From the NCBI RefSeq assembly GCF_963921235.1, contig NC_086097.1, positions 241,988,001-242,052,000 of the forward strand: a stretch of 64,000 bases of DNA, in the 5' to 3' direction. The notes under the pieces are model-generated. The model was not told the DNA's origin, did no database searches, and worked only from the letters and a program-made list of their open reading frames with translations. The translations under genes were made by a program, and so were the position numbers. This document shows positions 47,884-60,732 of the stretch, one piece after another. The number at the start of each line of letters is the position of its first letter. Position 1 is the stretch's first letter. The DNA is from Mobula hypostoma (lineage: Eukaryota).

Positions 47884-48896
47884 GGTTCAAAGGTTCAAAG
47901 ATTAATTTTATTGTCGAAAGAACTCTGATATTTGTCTTCTCCAGATAGCCATTAAATACAGAAAGACCATGGGTGTTGATGAAAGGAAAGATATCAACTC
48001 CCTCCTCCAGGCACGAAAAAGAAAAGAGACAAAACTCACAGACTCCAAAATCCCCCTTTCCCCTGCGGCAAAAAAAACAGCGAGAATAACAATTCCCGAC
48101 CACCTCACTCACAGAAAAGAACAGCAACAGTAACAATCCCTGTCCCCCTCACTCACAGAAAAGAAAAACAACAGTAACAATCCCTGTCCCCCTCACTCAC
48201 AGAAAAGAACAATGACAGTAACGATCCCTGACCCCTTCACTCGCAAAAAACAACAGCACTAGTAACACCAAATCCCCAACTCTCCCACTCTCACACACAA
48301 AAAGTTAACAGATCACTCACCTGCCAATCATCCACAAGAAAGCAAACACCAAAAAACTTAAGGAGACCAATATGAAGTACGGACCAAAGAATAATCGCAT
48401 AAATCTCAGAATACCGGAAACATCTTTTTGTCTGCTTATGAGGAGAGTGGCCACATGAACTCAATTGTTCCGTAAAGCGTGACCGCCAATCTGGGTCCAA
48501 ACACACCAATCCAACTGCTGTCCGTCTCTGTTGGAAGCCATCGCTGACCCCTTCCGCATTCACCTTGATACTTCAATCTTCCTTGCCACTTCAAGATGGA
48601 GTCGTTCATGACCCGGCGCATCATCTCTAGAATTTTCCACGAGTCAGCTTCTGTGCTCAGTCCTTTTGGCCCAACACCTCCCATTGCTAATCTCGACAAG
48701 GCAGCTCTCAGGACACAGCATAGTGCTGGAACCTTCGATCGAGCTCCAAACTGCACGTTACAGGCTCCAACAGTTTTTCTAACACAAAGAAGACCAAAAG
48801 AACAAGCAGAAGGCAGGGAAAAAGCAAAATAATTGGAGAGATTCGCTATCTAGAAGACGTAACCCGAAGAATTGTTGTTCACTGGTGCCATCTTGA
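47884..48896 (-). mobile_element. Non-autonomous LINE-associated element with an internal 44-45-bp tandem repeat (about 48085-48270)
   Basis: Minus-strand 5' head TCAAGATGGCACC and (TTGAACCT)n tail. Internal repeat ACAATCCCTGTCCCCCTCACTCACAGAAAAGAA in about 4 copies. Confidence 0.55.
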
Positions 48897-48940
48897 TCAA
48901 TTATATAAGTGACATATATGTACCTTGATAATAAATTTAC

Positions 48941-49249
48941 GTGGGCATGTGGCCAAGTGGTTAATGCATTGGACTAGCGACCTGAAGGTCATGAGTTCGA
49001 GCCCCAGCTGAGGGAACGTGTTGTGTCCTTGAGCAAGGCACTTAATCACACATTGCTCTGCAATGACACTGGTACTAAGCTGTATGGGTCCTAATGCCCT
49101 TCCCTTGTACAACATTGGTGTCATGGAGAGGGGAGACTTGCAGCATGGGCAACTACTGGTCTTCCATATAATCTTGCCCAGGCCTGCATCCTGGAGAGTG
49201 ATGACATTCCAGGCTCAGATTGATGGTCTCGCAAGACTAACGGATGCCT
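48941..49249 (+). mobile_element. tRNA-derived SINE with CORE/Meta-like central domain
   Basis: Box A TGGCCAAGTGG, box B GTTCGAGCC, core GTGTCCTTGAGCAAGGCACTTAA. 13-bp TSD ATAATAAATTTAC at 48928-48940 and 49250-49262. Confidence 0.88.
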
Positions 49250-49394
49250 ATAATAAATTTACTTTGAACTTTGAAATTATTTATCACATGTATGTCGAAA
49301 CATACAGTGAAATGCACTGTTTGTGTTAACAACCAACATAACCTCAGGATGTGCCGGGGCAGCCCACAAATGTCACCATTGATTGGCCTAATCT

Positions 49395-50097
49395 CAATAA
49401 TAACGAAGCAGCCTACAGGGAAGAAGTCATCACCCTAACACAGTGGTGTTAAGAAAACAACCTCTCCATCAACGTCGCAAAAACAGGGAGCTGGTTGCGG
49501 ACTACAGGAGGAAGACAGGCTATCGACTTCAATGGATCTGGGGTTGAGAGGGTGAGCAGCTTTAAGTTCCTTGGAAAACACATCACCGCGTATCTCACGT
49601 AGTCAGATGGTTGAAAAGGTTTGGTATGGGCCCCCAAATTCTAAAAACTTTCTATAGGGGCATGATTGAGAGCATCCTGACTGGCTGCATCACTACCTGA
49701 TACAGTACTTCCCTCAATTACAGGACTTTGCAGAGAATGGTACGGACAGCCCAGCCCATCTGTAGATGTGAATTTCCCACTATTCAGGACATTTACAGAG
49801 ACAAGTGTGTAAATACAGCCCAAAGGATCACTGGGGATCCAAGTCACCCCTACCACAAACTGTTCCAGGTGCTTCTATCTGAGAAATGGTACAGCAACAT
49901 AATAGCCAGGACCAACAAGCACCGCTGCTTAATTCATGCTGATACCATCGTGTTTCTATATTATATTGACTATCCTGTTGTACATACTATTCATTATAAA
50001 TTACTATAAATTACACATTGCACATTTAGACGGAGACTTAACATAAAGATTTTTACTCCTCGTGTATGAAGCGTGTAAGTAATAAAGTTAATTCAAT
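49395..50097 (+). mobile_element. Degraded Rex/Babar LINE 3' fragment
   Basis: NNLSINV.KT.EL, SFKFLG, IESILTGCIT and QRMVRTAQ motifs, AATAAA tail. Confidence 0.7.
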
Positions 50098-51453
50098 ATG
50101 TTCTGGCACTAACACAGCAGAGAAAGAAGGTGAGTGAGAGGCAGAGGGGGAAGAGAAAGAAAGGGGAGGGAGGGAAAGGCTGGAGACTAGTTTCTGTGAT
50201 TGCAGGGATCACTGCTGGAAGCTGAGATGTATAGTGAAACAGAACAGAAACAGTTCTTTCGGCTCAGCTTGTCCATGCTGACCAAGATGTCTTGGTAAAC
50301 TAATCCCATACACCTGTCCAGACGTTGCTATTGTACTCACCTCTACCACTTCCACTTGTTCCATATAAGACCTCACTCTCACTACGCTCTGCAGGAGGAG
50401 GTTGTTGCCCCTCAGGTCCCAGAAATTTCTCACCTTTTTGCACTCCAGCTCTCGATTCCCTTTCCCTGGGTAAAAGAATGTGTGAAATTCACCTTACCTA
50501 TGCTCCTTCATGATGTTGCACACCTCTGAAGTTCAGCCCTCAGGCTCCAACATTTCAAGCAACAAAGTCCTGGCCTTCCCAGCCTCTCCTACTACCTCAT
50601 GCCCTCGAACCCTGGCAATGTTTTTGTAAGTCTTCCTTTTACTCTTTCCAGTTTAGTGCAGTCTTTATTGTCAGGGGGTAAACAAAATGGTACACAACGC
50701 TCCACATGTGGCCCGAGTTCAATGTTCAAAGTAAATTTACTATCAAAGTACATGTATGTCACAAATATACAACCCTGAGATTCATTTTCTTGCAGGCATT
50801 CACAGTAAATACAAAAAAACACAATGGAATCGATAAATAACAACACACAACAAAACAGACAAACAACCAATGTGCAAAAGTCAACATTCTGTGCAAATAC
50901 CAAAAAAACCAAAACAAAATGATATTAAGGCTCTCTATTGGTTGGGGTCAACCATGGATGTTGCAATGACATCTTAGCAGTCATACGCAAACCAGGGCAG
51001 TATGGTAAGGAGAGCACGATGTTGTCTGTGCAGCAGGTTCCCCTTCTCCACGCAGCTGATGAATCCAAAGGAACAACAGAGACTGACACAATTTGGCACC
51101 AGTGGCACTGCAGGTGTTGCCAGTCAGCACTGAGTTCAATGTGGGACTGCCTGAGGGATTCCAGCTCCAGATATTTCCTCTGGTTTTACTACCGAAGCTT
51201 TCCCCATGAGTGTGTAAAGCCACAAGGCAACAGATGTTCAAGATCAAAATTTTCCTTCTCTTGAATGAGCTGCCAGTCACAGCTGACAAGCCCCATCTGC
51301 CTGAAGTAACTGTTTTTTTTAAGGCACCAGTAGCCTGCCTTTGCGGCTTCTCCTGTCAGTAAAAATGGTTCTGCCAAGCTTAGTAGTTAAGCTACATATG
51401 AAGGCTAGGAACTAGACTTGGTTTTTCGAGGCTATTTGAATTATATGCCATTT

Positions 51454-51755
51454 GGGCACGTAGCCACGTGGTTAAGGCATTGGACTAGCTAACTGAAGGT
51501 CATGAGTTCGAGCCCCAGCCGAGGAAACGTGTTGTGTCCTTGAGCAAGGCACTTAATCACACATTGCTCTGCGAGGACACCAGTGCCAAGCTGTATGGGT
51601 CCTAATGCCCTTCCCCTGGACAACATTGGTGTCATGAAGAGGGGAGACTTGCAGCATGGGTAACTGCTGGTCTTCCATACAAACTTGCCCAGGCCTGCAC
51701 CCTGGAGAGTGAAGACTTTCCAGGTGCAGATCCATGGTCTCGCAAGACTAACGGG
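51454..51755 (+). mobile_element. tRNA-derived SINE, second copy of the 48941 family, nested in another repeat
   Basis: Collinear with 48941-49249 over the full length. Confidence 0.85.
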
Positions 51756-52062
51756 AGCATTTAATAAGTATTGAGAGCTTATTCCCACTAACACCTTGGG
51801 CTATGGTAAACTTAAGGAACCAAAAATATTATTATTATTACCATGTTTATTAATAATACCTTAATAATCAAAGCTAATTGAAAGACCTTAAATAGCGACT
51901 GTCAACCAAATCCAGCTCATGGCTTTGCTACTAAGCCAGATGGAACTGTTTCTATTGACAGGAGAACGAGCAAAAGCGAGTTGCTGGCGCCTTAAAACCA
52001 GTCGCTTCGGGCAGATGGGGCTCATCAGCTGTGGTTGGCAGCTCAGCAAGTAGAAGGCAAAC

Positions 52063-52253
52063 AACATACATCAAAGTTGCTGGTGAACGCAGCAGGCCAA
52101 GCAGCATCTATAGGAAGAGGCGCAGTCGACGTTTCAGGCCGAGACCCTTCGTCAGGACTAACTGAAGGAAGATGCTGCTTGGCCTGCTGCGTTCACCAGC
52201 AACTTTGATGTATGTTGCTTGAATTTCCAGCATCTGCAGAATTCCTGTTGTTT
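52063..52253. mobile_element. Penelope-derived fold-back insert with hammerhead motif
   Basis: Long inverted arms. Exact 15-bp TSD AAGTAGAAGGCAAAC at 52048-52062 and 52254-52268. Confidence 0.85.
52123..52164 (-). ncRNA. Minimal type I hammerhead ribozyme motif
   Basis: Minus strand AGUC-CUGACGA-AGG(GUCUCGG)CCU-GAAA-CG-UC^GACU with intact core and helices. Confidence 0.78.
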
Positions 52254-53057
52254 AAGTAGAAGGCAAACTCCAGTCTCAAACCTCCACTGCCTTGTGGCTA
52301 TACCCACTCATGGGGATGGCTTCAGGAATAAACCCCGAGGGAAAATTCCAGAGCTGGAGCCCCTCAGGCAGTCCTACGTTGAGTTCAATACTGACTGGCA
52401 GCTCCTGTGATGCTTCTGGTACCAAACTACATTGGTCCCTGCCATTCCTTTGGGTTCATCAGATGCATAGAGAAGGGAAGCTTGCTCCCCATATAACACT
52501 GCCCCAGGCTGGACAGCGAGGATGTAATATCTATGGTCAACTCTGACCGACGGAGGCTTCAACAGCAGCATTAATCTCCAAGAGACGGATCACCTCTTTG
52601 GCAATTTTGGCTGAGCTGGTTATGCATACTTCAATCTTGTAACTGCATACAGGGTCCTGACACCGCTCAGCACAACCGTGTTCTCAGAACTTCCTCTGAC
52701 TATGCTCAATGCTCACTGCCATTCATGTTTTCAGTAATGTTTATTGTTTACATTTTTTGAAACACTTTGAATCCCATTTTCTCAACTGCAGCTCGCCATA
52801 CTTCTTTTACTTTCATATTCCTTTTTGTTCTCCAACTGTCTTCCACCTCACCAATCAAATTTTTGAGATTTTTTCCTTTTTTTCATTTTAGTGGTTATAT
52901 TTAGTCAACCACGAAGCTCTCATTTACACTTTGTGGTTATAAGTCTACATCTGAAATATTTCCTTTTTTAAAGATCTTTCATTGTTCAATTTTTGCTTTT
53001 GCCGACCAATTTTTGATATCAATCCACTCAAGTCATGTTCTTCCTCAAATCTTTCCA

Positions 53058-53275
53058 GCCGCTGCCTGTAAGGAGTTTGTACGTTCTCCCCATGACTGCA
53101 TGAGTTTCCTTCGGGTGCTGCAGTTTTCTCCCAGAATCCAAAGACATACCAGTTTCGGTAGTTTAATTGGCCAATTGTAAATTGTCCCATGATTAGGCTA
53201 GGATTAAATTGGGGGTTGCTGAGTGGCGAAGCAGAAAGGATCTCTCTTCACTGTTCCTCAATAAAATAAAAAAAA
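53058..53275 (+). mobile_element. 5'-truncated V-SINE
   Basis: GGAGTTTGTACGTTCTCCCCATGACTGC..GGGTGCT..TTCTCCCA core and A-rich tail. Confidence 0.7.
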
Positions 53276-53869
53276 ATATCTCTCATTATACTTCTGCCAT
53301 GTAAGTATTTTTAATTTTGATGATTGACGGAGGCGGGAGGAGAAGATGGCGACGCGACGCAGCGCGTGCAGCTCTCTGGTGAAATGATATCGTATTTGTA
53401 AGTAGGATGCCATGCACAATTCTCATTTGATGGAGACAGACATGAGAAAGCACAGAGGAACATCTGGAGAAATTTCTGAAATGCCCAGTTCGCTGCCGCT
53501 GCTACTGTGCGATTGAGAATCTCCGGTGGGAAGGCCCCAAAATCCCCGGCTTTTCCTGCTGCTGGCGACAGAGGCTGGGTTCGAAGCGTTCAGCAGAGAT
53601 GGTGCTCAGTAGTTGGTGTCGGAGGGCTGATTGGAGCTCAAAGTTTTCGGACAACTCAGAGTCGGACTGTGGTCGGGCATGGCAGGGAGAGTTTTCTTCC
53701 TTCTCCCGTCTGCGTGAGATGTGGGATTTTCGAGAGACTTTGAACTTTTTTACTGTGCTCACGGCCTGTTCTTCACCAAGTTATGGTATTCTGCCATGTA
53801 AGTACTTTTAATTTTGATGATTGAGGGAGGCGGGAGGAGAAGATGGCAATGCGACGCGGCGCGCACAGC

Positions 53870-55478
53870 CACCCTGCTCTCATGACTATACCCCTTCCCC
53901 ACACAAAACCACCACGGTGGGCTTCACAGCTCTACAGGTGAGAAAACAGCTGAAACATCTCAACCCAAGCAAGGCTGCAGGACTGGATGGTGTCAGTACC
54001 AGGGTGCTCAAAGCCTGTGCGCCTCAGCTATCTGGAGTACTTTGCCATGTATTCAACCTGAGCCTGAGGCTCCGGAGGGTTCCTGTATTGTGGAAGACGT
54101 CCTGCCTCGTCCCTGTGCCGAAGACGCCGTGCCCCAGCGGCCTCAATGACTACAGACCGGTGGCATTGACCTCCCACATCATGAAGACCCTGGAGAGACT
54201 TGTTCTGGAGCTGCTCCGGCCTATGGTCAGGCCACACTTAGATCCCCTCCAGTTCGCCTACCAGCCCCGACTAGGAGTTGAGGATGCCATCGTCTTCCTG
54301 CTGAACCGTGTGTACGCCCACCTGGACAAGCCAGCGAGCACTGTGAGGGTCATGTTTTTTGACTTCTCCAGTGTGTTCAACACCATCCACCCTGCTCTGC
54401 TGGGGGAGAAGCTGACAGCGATGCAGGTGGATGCTTCCCTGGTGTCATGCATTCTTGATTACCTGACTGGCAGACCACAGTACATGTGCTTGCAACACTG
54501 TGTGTCCGACAGAGTGATCAGCAGCACTGGGGCTCCACAGGGCACTGCTTTGTCTCCCTTTCTCTTCACCATTTACACCTCGGACTTAAACTACTGCACA
54601 GAGTCTTGTCATCTTCAGAAGTTTTCTGCTGACTCTGCCATAGTTGGATGCATCAGCAAGGGAGATGAGGCTGAGTACAGGGCTACGGTAGGAAACTTTG
54701 TCACATGGTGTGAGCAGATTTACCTGCAGCTTAATGTGAAAAAGACTAAGGAGCTGGTGGTAGACCTGAGGTACCGGTGACCCCTGTTTCCATCCAGGGG
54801 GTCAGTGTGGACATGGTGGAGATTACAAATACCTGGGGATATGTATTGACAACAAACTGGACTGGTCAAAGAACACTGAGGCTGTCTACAAGAAGGGTCA
54901 GAGCCGTCTCTATTTCCTGAGGAGACTGAGGTCCTTTAACATCTGTCGGACGATGCTGAGGATGTTCTATGAGTCTGTGGTGGCCAGTGCTATCATGTTT
55001 GCTGTTGTGTGCTGGGGCAGCAGGCTGAGGGTGGCAGACACCAACAGAATCAACAAACTCATTCGTAAGGCCAGTGATGTTGTGGGGATGGAACTGGACT
55101 CTCTCACGGTGGTGTCTGAAAAGAGGATGCTGTCTAAGTTGCATGCCATCTTGGTCAATGTCTCCCATCCACTACATAATGTACTGGTTGGGCACAGGAG
55201 TACATTCAGCCAGAGACTCATTCCACCGAGATGCAGCACTGAGCATCATAGGAAGTCATTTCTGCCTGTGGCTATCAAACTTTACAACTCCTCCCTTGGA
55301 GGGTCAGACATCCTGAGCCAATAGGCTGGTCCTGGACATATTTCATAATTTACTGGCACAATTTACATATTACTATTTAACTATTTATGGTTCTATTACT
55401 ATTTATTATTTATGGAGCAACTGTAACAAAAACTAATTTCCCCCGGGATCAATAAAGTATGACTATGACTATGACTAT
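53870..55478 (+). mobile_element. Rex1-type LINE (RT and 3' end) nested in a non-autonomous element spanning about 53338-55732
   Basis: ORF 53821-54780 (KAAGLDG, LNDYRPVALTSHIMK, FFDFSSVFNTI, GAPQGTALSPFLF), continuation at 54953-55324, AATAAA and (GACTAT)n tail. Confidence 0.9.
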
Positions 55479-55865
55479 GTTGCACTGTTGTAACTGAGGA
55501 TGTTCTACGAGTCTGTGGTGGCCAGTGCTATCATGTTTGCTGTTGTGTGCTGGGGCAGCAGGCTGAGGGTGGCATAATTATGTTATAATTATGTGGTTTT
55601 TGTTACTTTTTCAGTCTTGGTCTGTCCTGTGTTTCTGTGATATCACACTGGAGGAATATTGTATCATTTCTTCATGCATGCATTACCCAATGACAATAAA
55701 AGAGGACTGTGTGTCCTCATAATCTAATCTAAACAGGGGTTCTGACATTTCTGTCATTCATTCTTTGATTTTTTTTCTGTTTCATGGATGTTTGTGAAGA
55801 GTGAGAATTTTAGGTTGTATACTGTGTACATTCTCTAATATTACATTGAACCATTGCATAACATT

Positions 55866-56958
55866 ATAGAAACATAGAAACATAGAAAATAGGTGCAGGA
55901 GTAGGCCATTCGGCCCTTCGAGCCTGCACCGCCATTTATTATGATCATGGCTGATCATCCAACTCAGAACCCAGCCTTCCCTCCATACCCCCTGACCCCT
56001 GTAGCCACAAGGGCCATATCTAACTTCCTTTTAAACATAGCTAATGAACTGGCCTCAACAGTTTGCTGTGGCAGAGAATTCCACAGATTCACCACTCTCT
56101 GTGTGAAGAAGTTTTTCCTAACCTCGGTCCTAAAAGGCTTCCCCTCTATCCTCAAACTGTGACCCCTCGTTCTAGACCTCCCCAACATCGGGAACAATCT
56201 TCCTGCATCTAGCCTGTCCAATCCCTTTAGGATCTTATACGTTTCAATCAGATCCCCCCTCAATCTTCTAAATTCCAACGAGTACAAGCCCAGTTCATCC
56301 AGTCTTTCTTCATATGAAAGACCTGCCATCCCAGGAATCAATCTGGTGAACCTTCTTTGTACTCCCTCTATGGCAAAGATGTCTTTCCTCAGATTAGGGG
56401 ACCAAAACTGCACACAATACTCCAGGTGTGGTCTCACCAAGGCCTTGTACAACTGCAGTAGTACCTCCCTGCTCCTGTACTCGCATCCTCTCGCTATAAA
56501 TGCCAGCATACCGTTCGCCTTTTTCACCGCCTGCTGTACCTGCATGCCCACTTTCAATGACTGGTGTATAATGACACCCAGGTCTCGTTGCACCTCCCCT
56601 TTTCCTAATCGGCCACCATTCAGATAATAATCTGTTTTCCTATTTTTGCCACCAAAGTGGATAACTTCACATTTATCCACATTAAATTGCATCTGCCATG
56701 AGTTTGCCCACTCACCCAACCTATCCAAGTCACCCTGCATCCTCTTAGCATCCTCCTCACTGCTAACACTGCCACCCAGCTTCGTGTCATCCGCAAACTT
56801 GGAGATGCTGCATTTAATTCCCTCATCCAAGTCATTAATATATATTGTAAACAACTGGGGTCCCAGCACTGAGCCTTGCGGTACCCCACTAGTCACCGCC
56901 TGCCATTCTGAAAAGGTCCCGTTTATTCCCACTCTTTGCTTCCTGTCTGCTAACCAAT
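55866..56958 (-). mobile_element. 5'-truncated young CR1 LINE
   Basis: Uninterrupted 334-aa ORF 55964-56968, nearly identical to the ORF2 C-terminus of the 36-41 kb copy. (TTCTATGT)n tail. Confidence 0.96.
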
Positions 56959-57489
56959 TATGATTCATGTTTCCAAATGCAATTTTAGTGAATCACACCT
57001 CAGCTATCTCAATTTATTTCCAGAATTAAATGCAACACTGCTTTCTTGTTGGTCTGGTAATACACAGACCAATAATGTTTTGTTCAATACATTCAAACAA
57101 TTGTGAATTAGCCCCGTTACTCCCCAAGTGTATTAAAATAATTGGCTTTTCTCCTACCTCACCTCTGTACTTGTTTCTCATCTTACTGTACATTTATGGC
57201 ATGATTTGATTACTAATTTCAAAATATAAATAGCTTTATAATGCAGTAAATATTATTAGTTGCATACTGTAGATTGATTGGATGTCCATTGTATCCGATG
57301 TTCACAGGAAACCTGTGGAGGAGATTTTTTTAAAGAGGAAAAGCTGTTGCACTGGGTTAGTTCCACTCTCTCGACAGCGGACGTCAGGGTCCAGTGGTAT
57401 GAGTAGTCGTCACCGTAGGGGTCTTCTTTGGTAAAAGTGAGTGACTATAACTTCTTCTGTGCCTTATATGCTGAAGGAGTAGTATGATT

Positions 57490-57757
57490 TGGGCAGCAGG
57501 GTACATTGGTGGTTAGCTCCATGCTTAACAGTACCAGTGACCCAGGTTCAATTCCCGCCCCTCCTCCTGTAAGGAGTTTGTGCGTTCTCAAACATTTTCC
57601 AGCACTTCTGGGTGCTCCAGTTTCCTCCCACAGTCTAAAGACATACGGTATTGGTAGGTTAATTGGTCATTGTAAATTGTCGCTTGATTAGGCTAGGGAT
57701 AAATCGAGGGTTGTTGGGCGACGCGGCTCGAAGGCGTACTCTGCGCGGTATTTCAAT
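57490..57757 (+). mobile_element. V-SINE whose A-rich tail is split by a solo LTR
   Basis: tRNA-like head (TGGTGGTTAG..GGTTCAATTCC) and V-domain core. Tail resumes at 58127. Confidence 0.7.
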
Positions 57758-58126
57758 TGTTAGAGTAATTTTTGGGTTTAGGTCATTTACACTTAGCAAA
57801 TGGCGTTGCCACCAGTCTTCTGTTCCTAAAAGCTATGAATACCAGAATCCCAGTCCATATGCTGCTGGCGCCGGTGGGATGGATGTAATCAGAAGGTGTG
57901 AAGTTTTGTATGTAGCTTCAAAAGAAAGCATTGTCTATACTTTGTAAATATGGATTACCCTTTGTGTTTAGCAAATAAATATCGAGCCCCACACTGGGCC
58001 AGCAGACCTTTCCACCGAAAGCGTCTCGGTATGATGATGCCTGCTGAACCTTGTTTTGTCAAATAAAGAAGCTGCTTTGTATCTACCAGTAACTCTCTCT
58101 CCGGTGATTTCATTCACGCTACAACA
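57758..58126 (+). mobile_element. Short solo LTR (369 bp, possibly BEL/Pao)
   Basis: TGTT...AACA termini, flanks TCAAT/TCAAC (5-bp TSD with one mismatch), AATAAA at about 58062. Confidence 0.6.
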
Positions 58127-58189
58127 TCAACAATAATAAAAAAATAAATGATCCCCGATTAAATTGATTGTTATCATTGATTGTTACAG

Positions 58190-59290
58190 TCCTCGACTTC
58201 CTAACCAACAGAAATCAGTGAGGATAGGCAACCAAAACCTCTGCCACAATTATTCTCAGCACTGGTTCTTCAGGTCGCGTCCTGAGCCCTCTGCTCTACT
58301 CCCCGTATACATACGGTGTGGCCAGATTCTGCTGGAACTTCGTTCACTAGTTTGCAGATGGCACCACCAAAGTCTGCCGGTATCTCAGTAAGGAGTCAGA
58401 GTGCAGGAAGGAGATAAGACAGTGAGTCCTGACGACAATCTTCCTCTCAATGTCAGAAAAAGAACAAGTGATTGACCTCAGGAAGGGGGTGGTGCGCATG
58501 CGCCTGTCAACGACGATGGTGCTGAGGTTGAGCGCCTCGTCCCTCGGCACTTGAACATCACCAAGAAGCCTGTCCTGATCCAGCCATGTAGATGCCACGG
58601 CTAAGAACGAATTCTTTCAGCCTCTACTTCCTGGGGGAACCAAATAAGTTTAGCATGTCCCCGTCAAACCTTATTAATTTTTCCCTGATGCACCATAGGA
58701 AGCGTATTATCCGGATGCACGACGGCTCGATATGTTAACTGTTCTACCCGTGACCGCAGGAAACTGCAGAGCTGTGGACAAAGCTCAGCAAATCACGGGA
58801 ATCTGTTGTCTGTACGTTTCGCTGCCCCAGTAAAGCAGATCCCACCTACTCTGGACATTCTCTCCTAGCCCCTCTCCTATCGGGCAAAAGATACAAAAAG
58901 CCTGAAAGTACTTAAACACCAGGCCCAAGAACGGCTTCTACTCCGCTGTTATGATGGTTTCCTCGTCCGATAGGGCTTAACAACTCTGAATCCTGTGTCC
59001 TGAAGAAGGGTCTCGGCCCGAAACATCGACTGTTTATTCATTTCCTTAGAAGCTGTCAGATCTGCTGAGTTCCTCCAGTATTCTGTAGGCGTTGCTTTGG
59101 ATTTCCAGCATCTGCAGAATTTCTTGTGTTTGTGCACTGCACTGCACTTTCTCTGTACTGTATAACACTTTGTTCTGCTTTCCGGTATTATTTTACCCTG
59201 TATTACCTTAATGCACTGTGTAATGAATTGACCTATGTGCAAAACAACTTATTCATTCTACCTCGGTGCATGTGACAATGATAAATTACG
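58190..59290 (+). mobile_element. Degraded Rex/Babar LINE fragment containing a Penelope-derived insert (about 58995-59132)
   Basis: FADGTT, DLRKG, CTIGSVLSGC and LLSGKRYK remnants. Confidence 0.6.
58997..59031 (+). ncRNA. Minimal hammerhead motif, variant
   Basis: GUC-CUGAAGA-A-GGG(UCUCGG)CCC-GAAA-CA-UC^GAC. Core intact, helix III palindrome broken by a CpG-type transition. Confidence 0.6.
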
Positions 59291-59299
59291 GTAATACAA

Positions 59300-59800
59300 T
59301 TCTTTGCAGCGACCGGCCGGCTGTCCATCATCAGAGGCATGGGTGGAGCGTTTCTGACGTCAGCTGCAGGCGGCGGGTGCTGAGGTCGGTTGCTCGCTCG
59401 CGGCTCCAGGCTCCGGGTTGCGGGCGGCTCGTGCCCTGTTCTCGCGGCGCCTGTTGAACCGGAGCGCGAGGCCGCTGCCGCCGCCGACGACATGTTGGCC
59501 TGCGTGCGCTTCCTGCAGAGCCAAGTGCACCACATCGTGCCCGTGTCCCAGATCAGAAATTTCCAGCCAGCCTCCAAGAGCGACTTCAACAAGAAGCAAG
59601 TTTACCGGCTGACGCTGCCGGCGACCTGTCCGGGCACCGGGGCGGGAGAGCCGGAGATCGGCGCCGTGGCTAAAGGGGGTCACTGCCGCAAGGCCCAGAT
59701 CCTGGCTCTGGGAGGTAGGTAACAACCCGGGCCTTGAAGCCGCAGCACCGAGCACCCGGGATGCTTAGTGCCGTATTGGTAGTGGAAGGCCTCCGATCGT
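59300..59800 (+). promoter_or_regulatory. CpG island and promoter of the BEND5-like gene
   Basis: High GC/CpG non-repeat DNA. Full CRE TGACGTCA at 59355-59362 and a GCC-rich 5' UTR before the ATG. Confidence 0.75.
59492..59714 (+). CDS. First coding exon of a BEN-domain protein 5-like gene (rest of gene outside the window or not found)
   Basis: MLACVRFLQSQVHHIVPVSQIRNFQPASKSDFNKKQVY...CRKAQILALG resembles the BEND5 N-terminus as I recall it (MYAFVRFL..PVS..RDF.P.S..DFD..KVY...KAQILAL). Kozak-like GACATG and phase-1 donor GAG|GTAGGT. Confidence 0.82.
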
Positions 59801-60732
59801 TTGGATTCAATTCACTACCCTCTTTCCCCGGTAACCATATTGCTGAAACACGTGGCACCATCTCCCTACCTACCGTACGGGGTAACAGCTGTTTATTGTT
59901 TTTATTCTGGGCTCCTCTTCATTCAGTACCTTTGCACTCTCCTCCCACGCCCATTTCGGTTTCACTGTGGTCTGGCGAGAATATTGACACGGGACTATTT
60001 CTGTTATTTACCCGTGGTTTCCGATATGGAGGGATCCTGCATGTTATTTCATCTGACTCTTCTGTATAATAAGGCAAGAAACAAGGACCCAGTTAAGAAT
60101 CACTTATCTTTATTGAAGGCGGTTAGCATTCATCCATGGTACAAGTGTGTATAGAAGTTATGTATAGTGCACAGTTCCTAAACCTGCATATACTGCACTG
60201 CTTTACCCTTTGGGTAACATACGTATACAGGCAAAATCAATCTGCGAATATTAAGTAATACATATAAAATGCTGGAGGAACTTAGCCGGTGTGGCAGCAT
60301 CCATGGAAATGAAGCCCACGTTTCCGTTCGAGACCCTTCCTGCATATATTACATTATGTAAGCATAATGTGATATTAAGAAGCAAAGGCATAATTTAATT
60401 TAACCTACTTTTCCAGTCCTCATAACTACAGCTTTAAACTATAAATGAAGTTTTAACCTTCAAATTTGACAATGGGGATCGGAGCAGACTTGGTGGGCCA
60501 GTGGTCTAATTCTCCTCCCATGGGATCACTTTTCGAATTGGCTTCATGTGTGACTAATTTATCTCATACAAGCTGATAACTGAATGTGTCTAAACATAGA
60601 ATGTAACCTCCAAATTAACACAAATCAATAATGTCCATTTGTTGTAAATATCAATCAGGTTTAATATCACTGGCATATGTTGTGAAATTTTGTTAACTTC
60701 ATGGCAGCGGTACAATGAAATACATGATAAAT

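Noticed and set aside
48941..49015. tRNA gene (also at 51454, 2735 and 57490)
   Set aside because: The A/B boxes run straight into SINE body and tail, one copy has a TSD, and no clean cloverleaf or terminator is evident.
59390..59491. N-terminal extension of the BEND5-like ORF from TTG at 59390
   Set aside because: Similarity to BEND5 starts at the ATG at 59492; the upstream part looks like a GC-rich 5' UTR.
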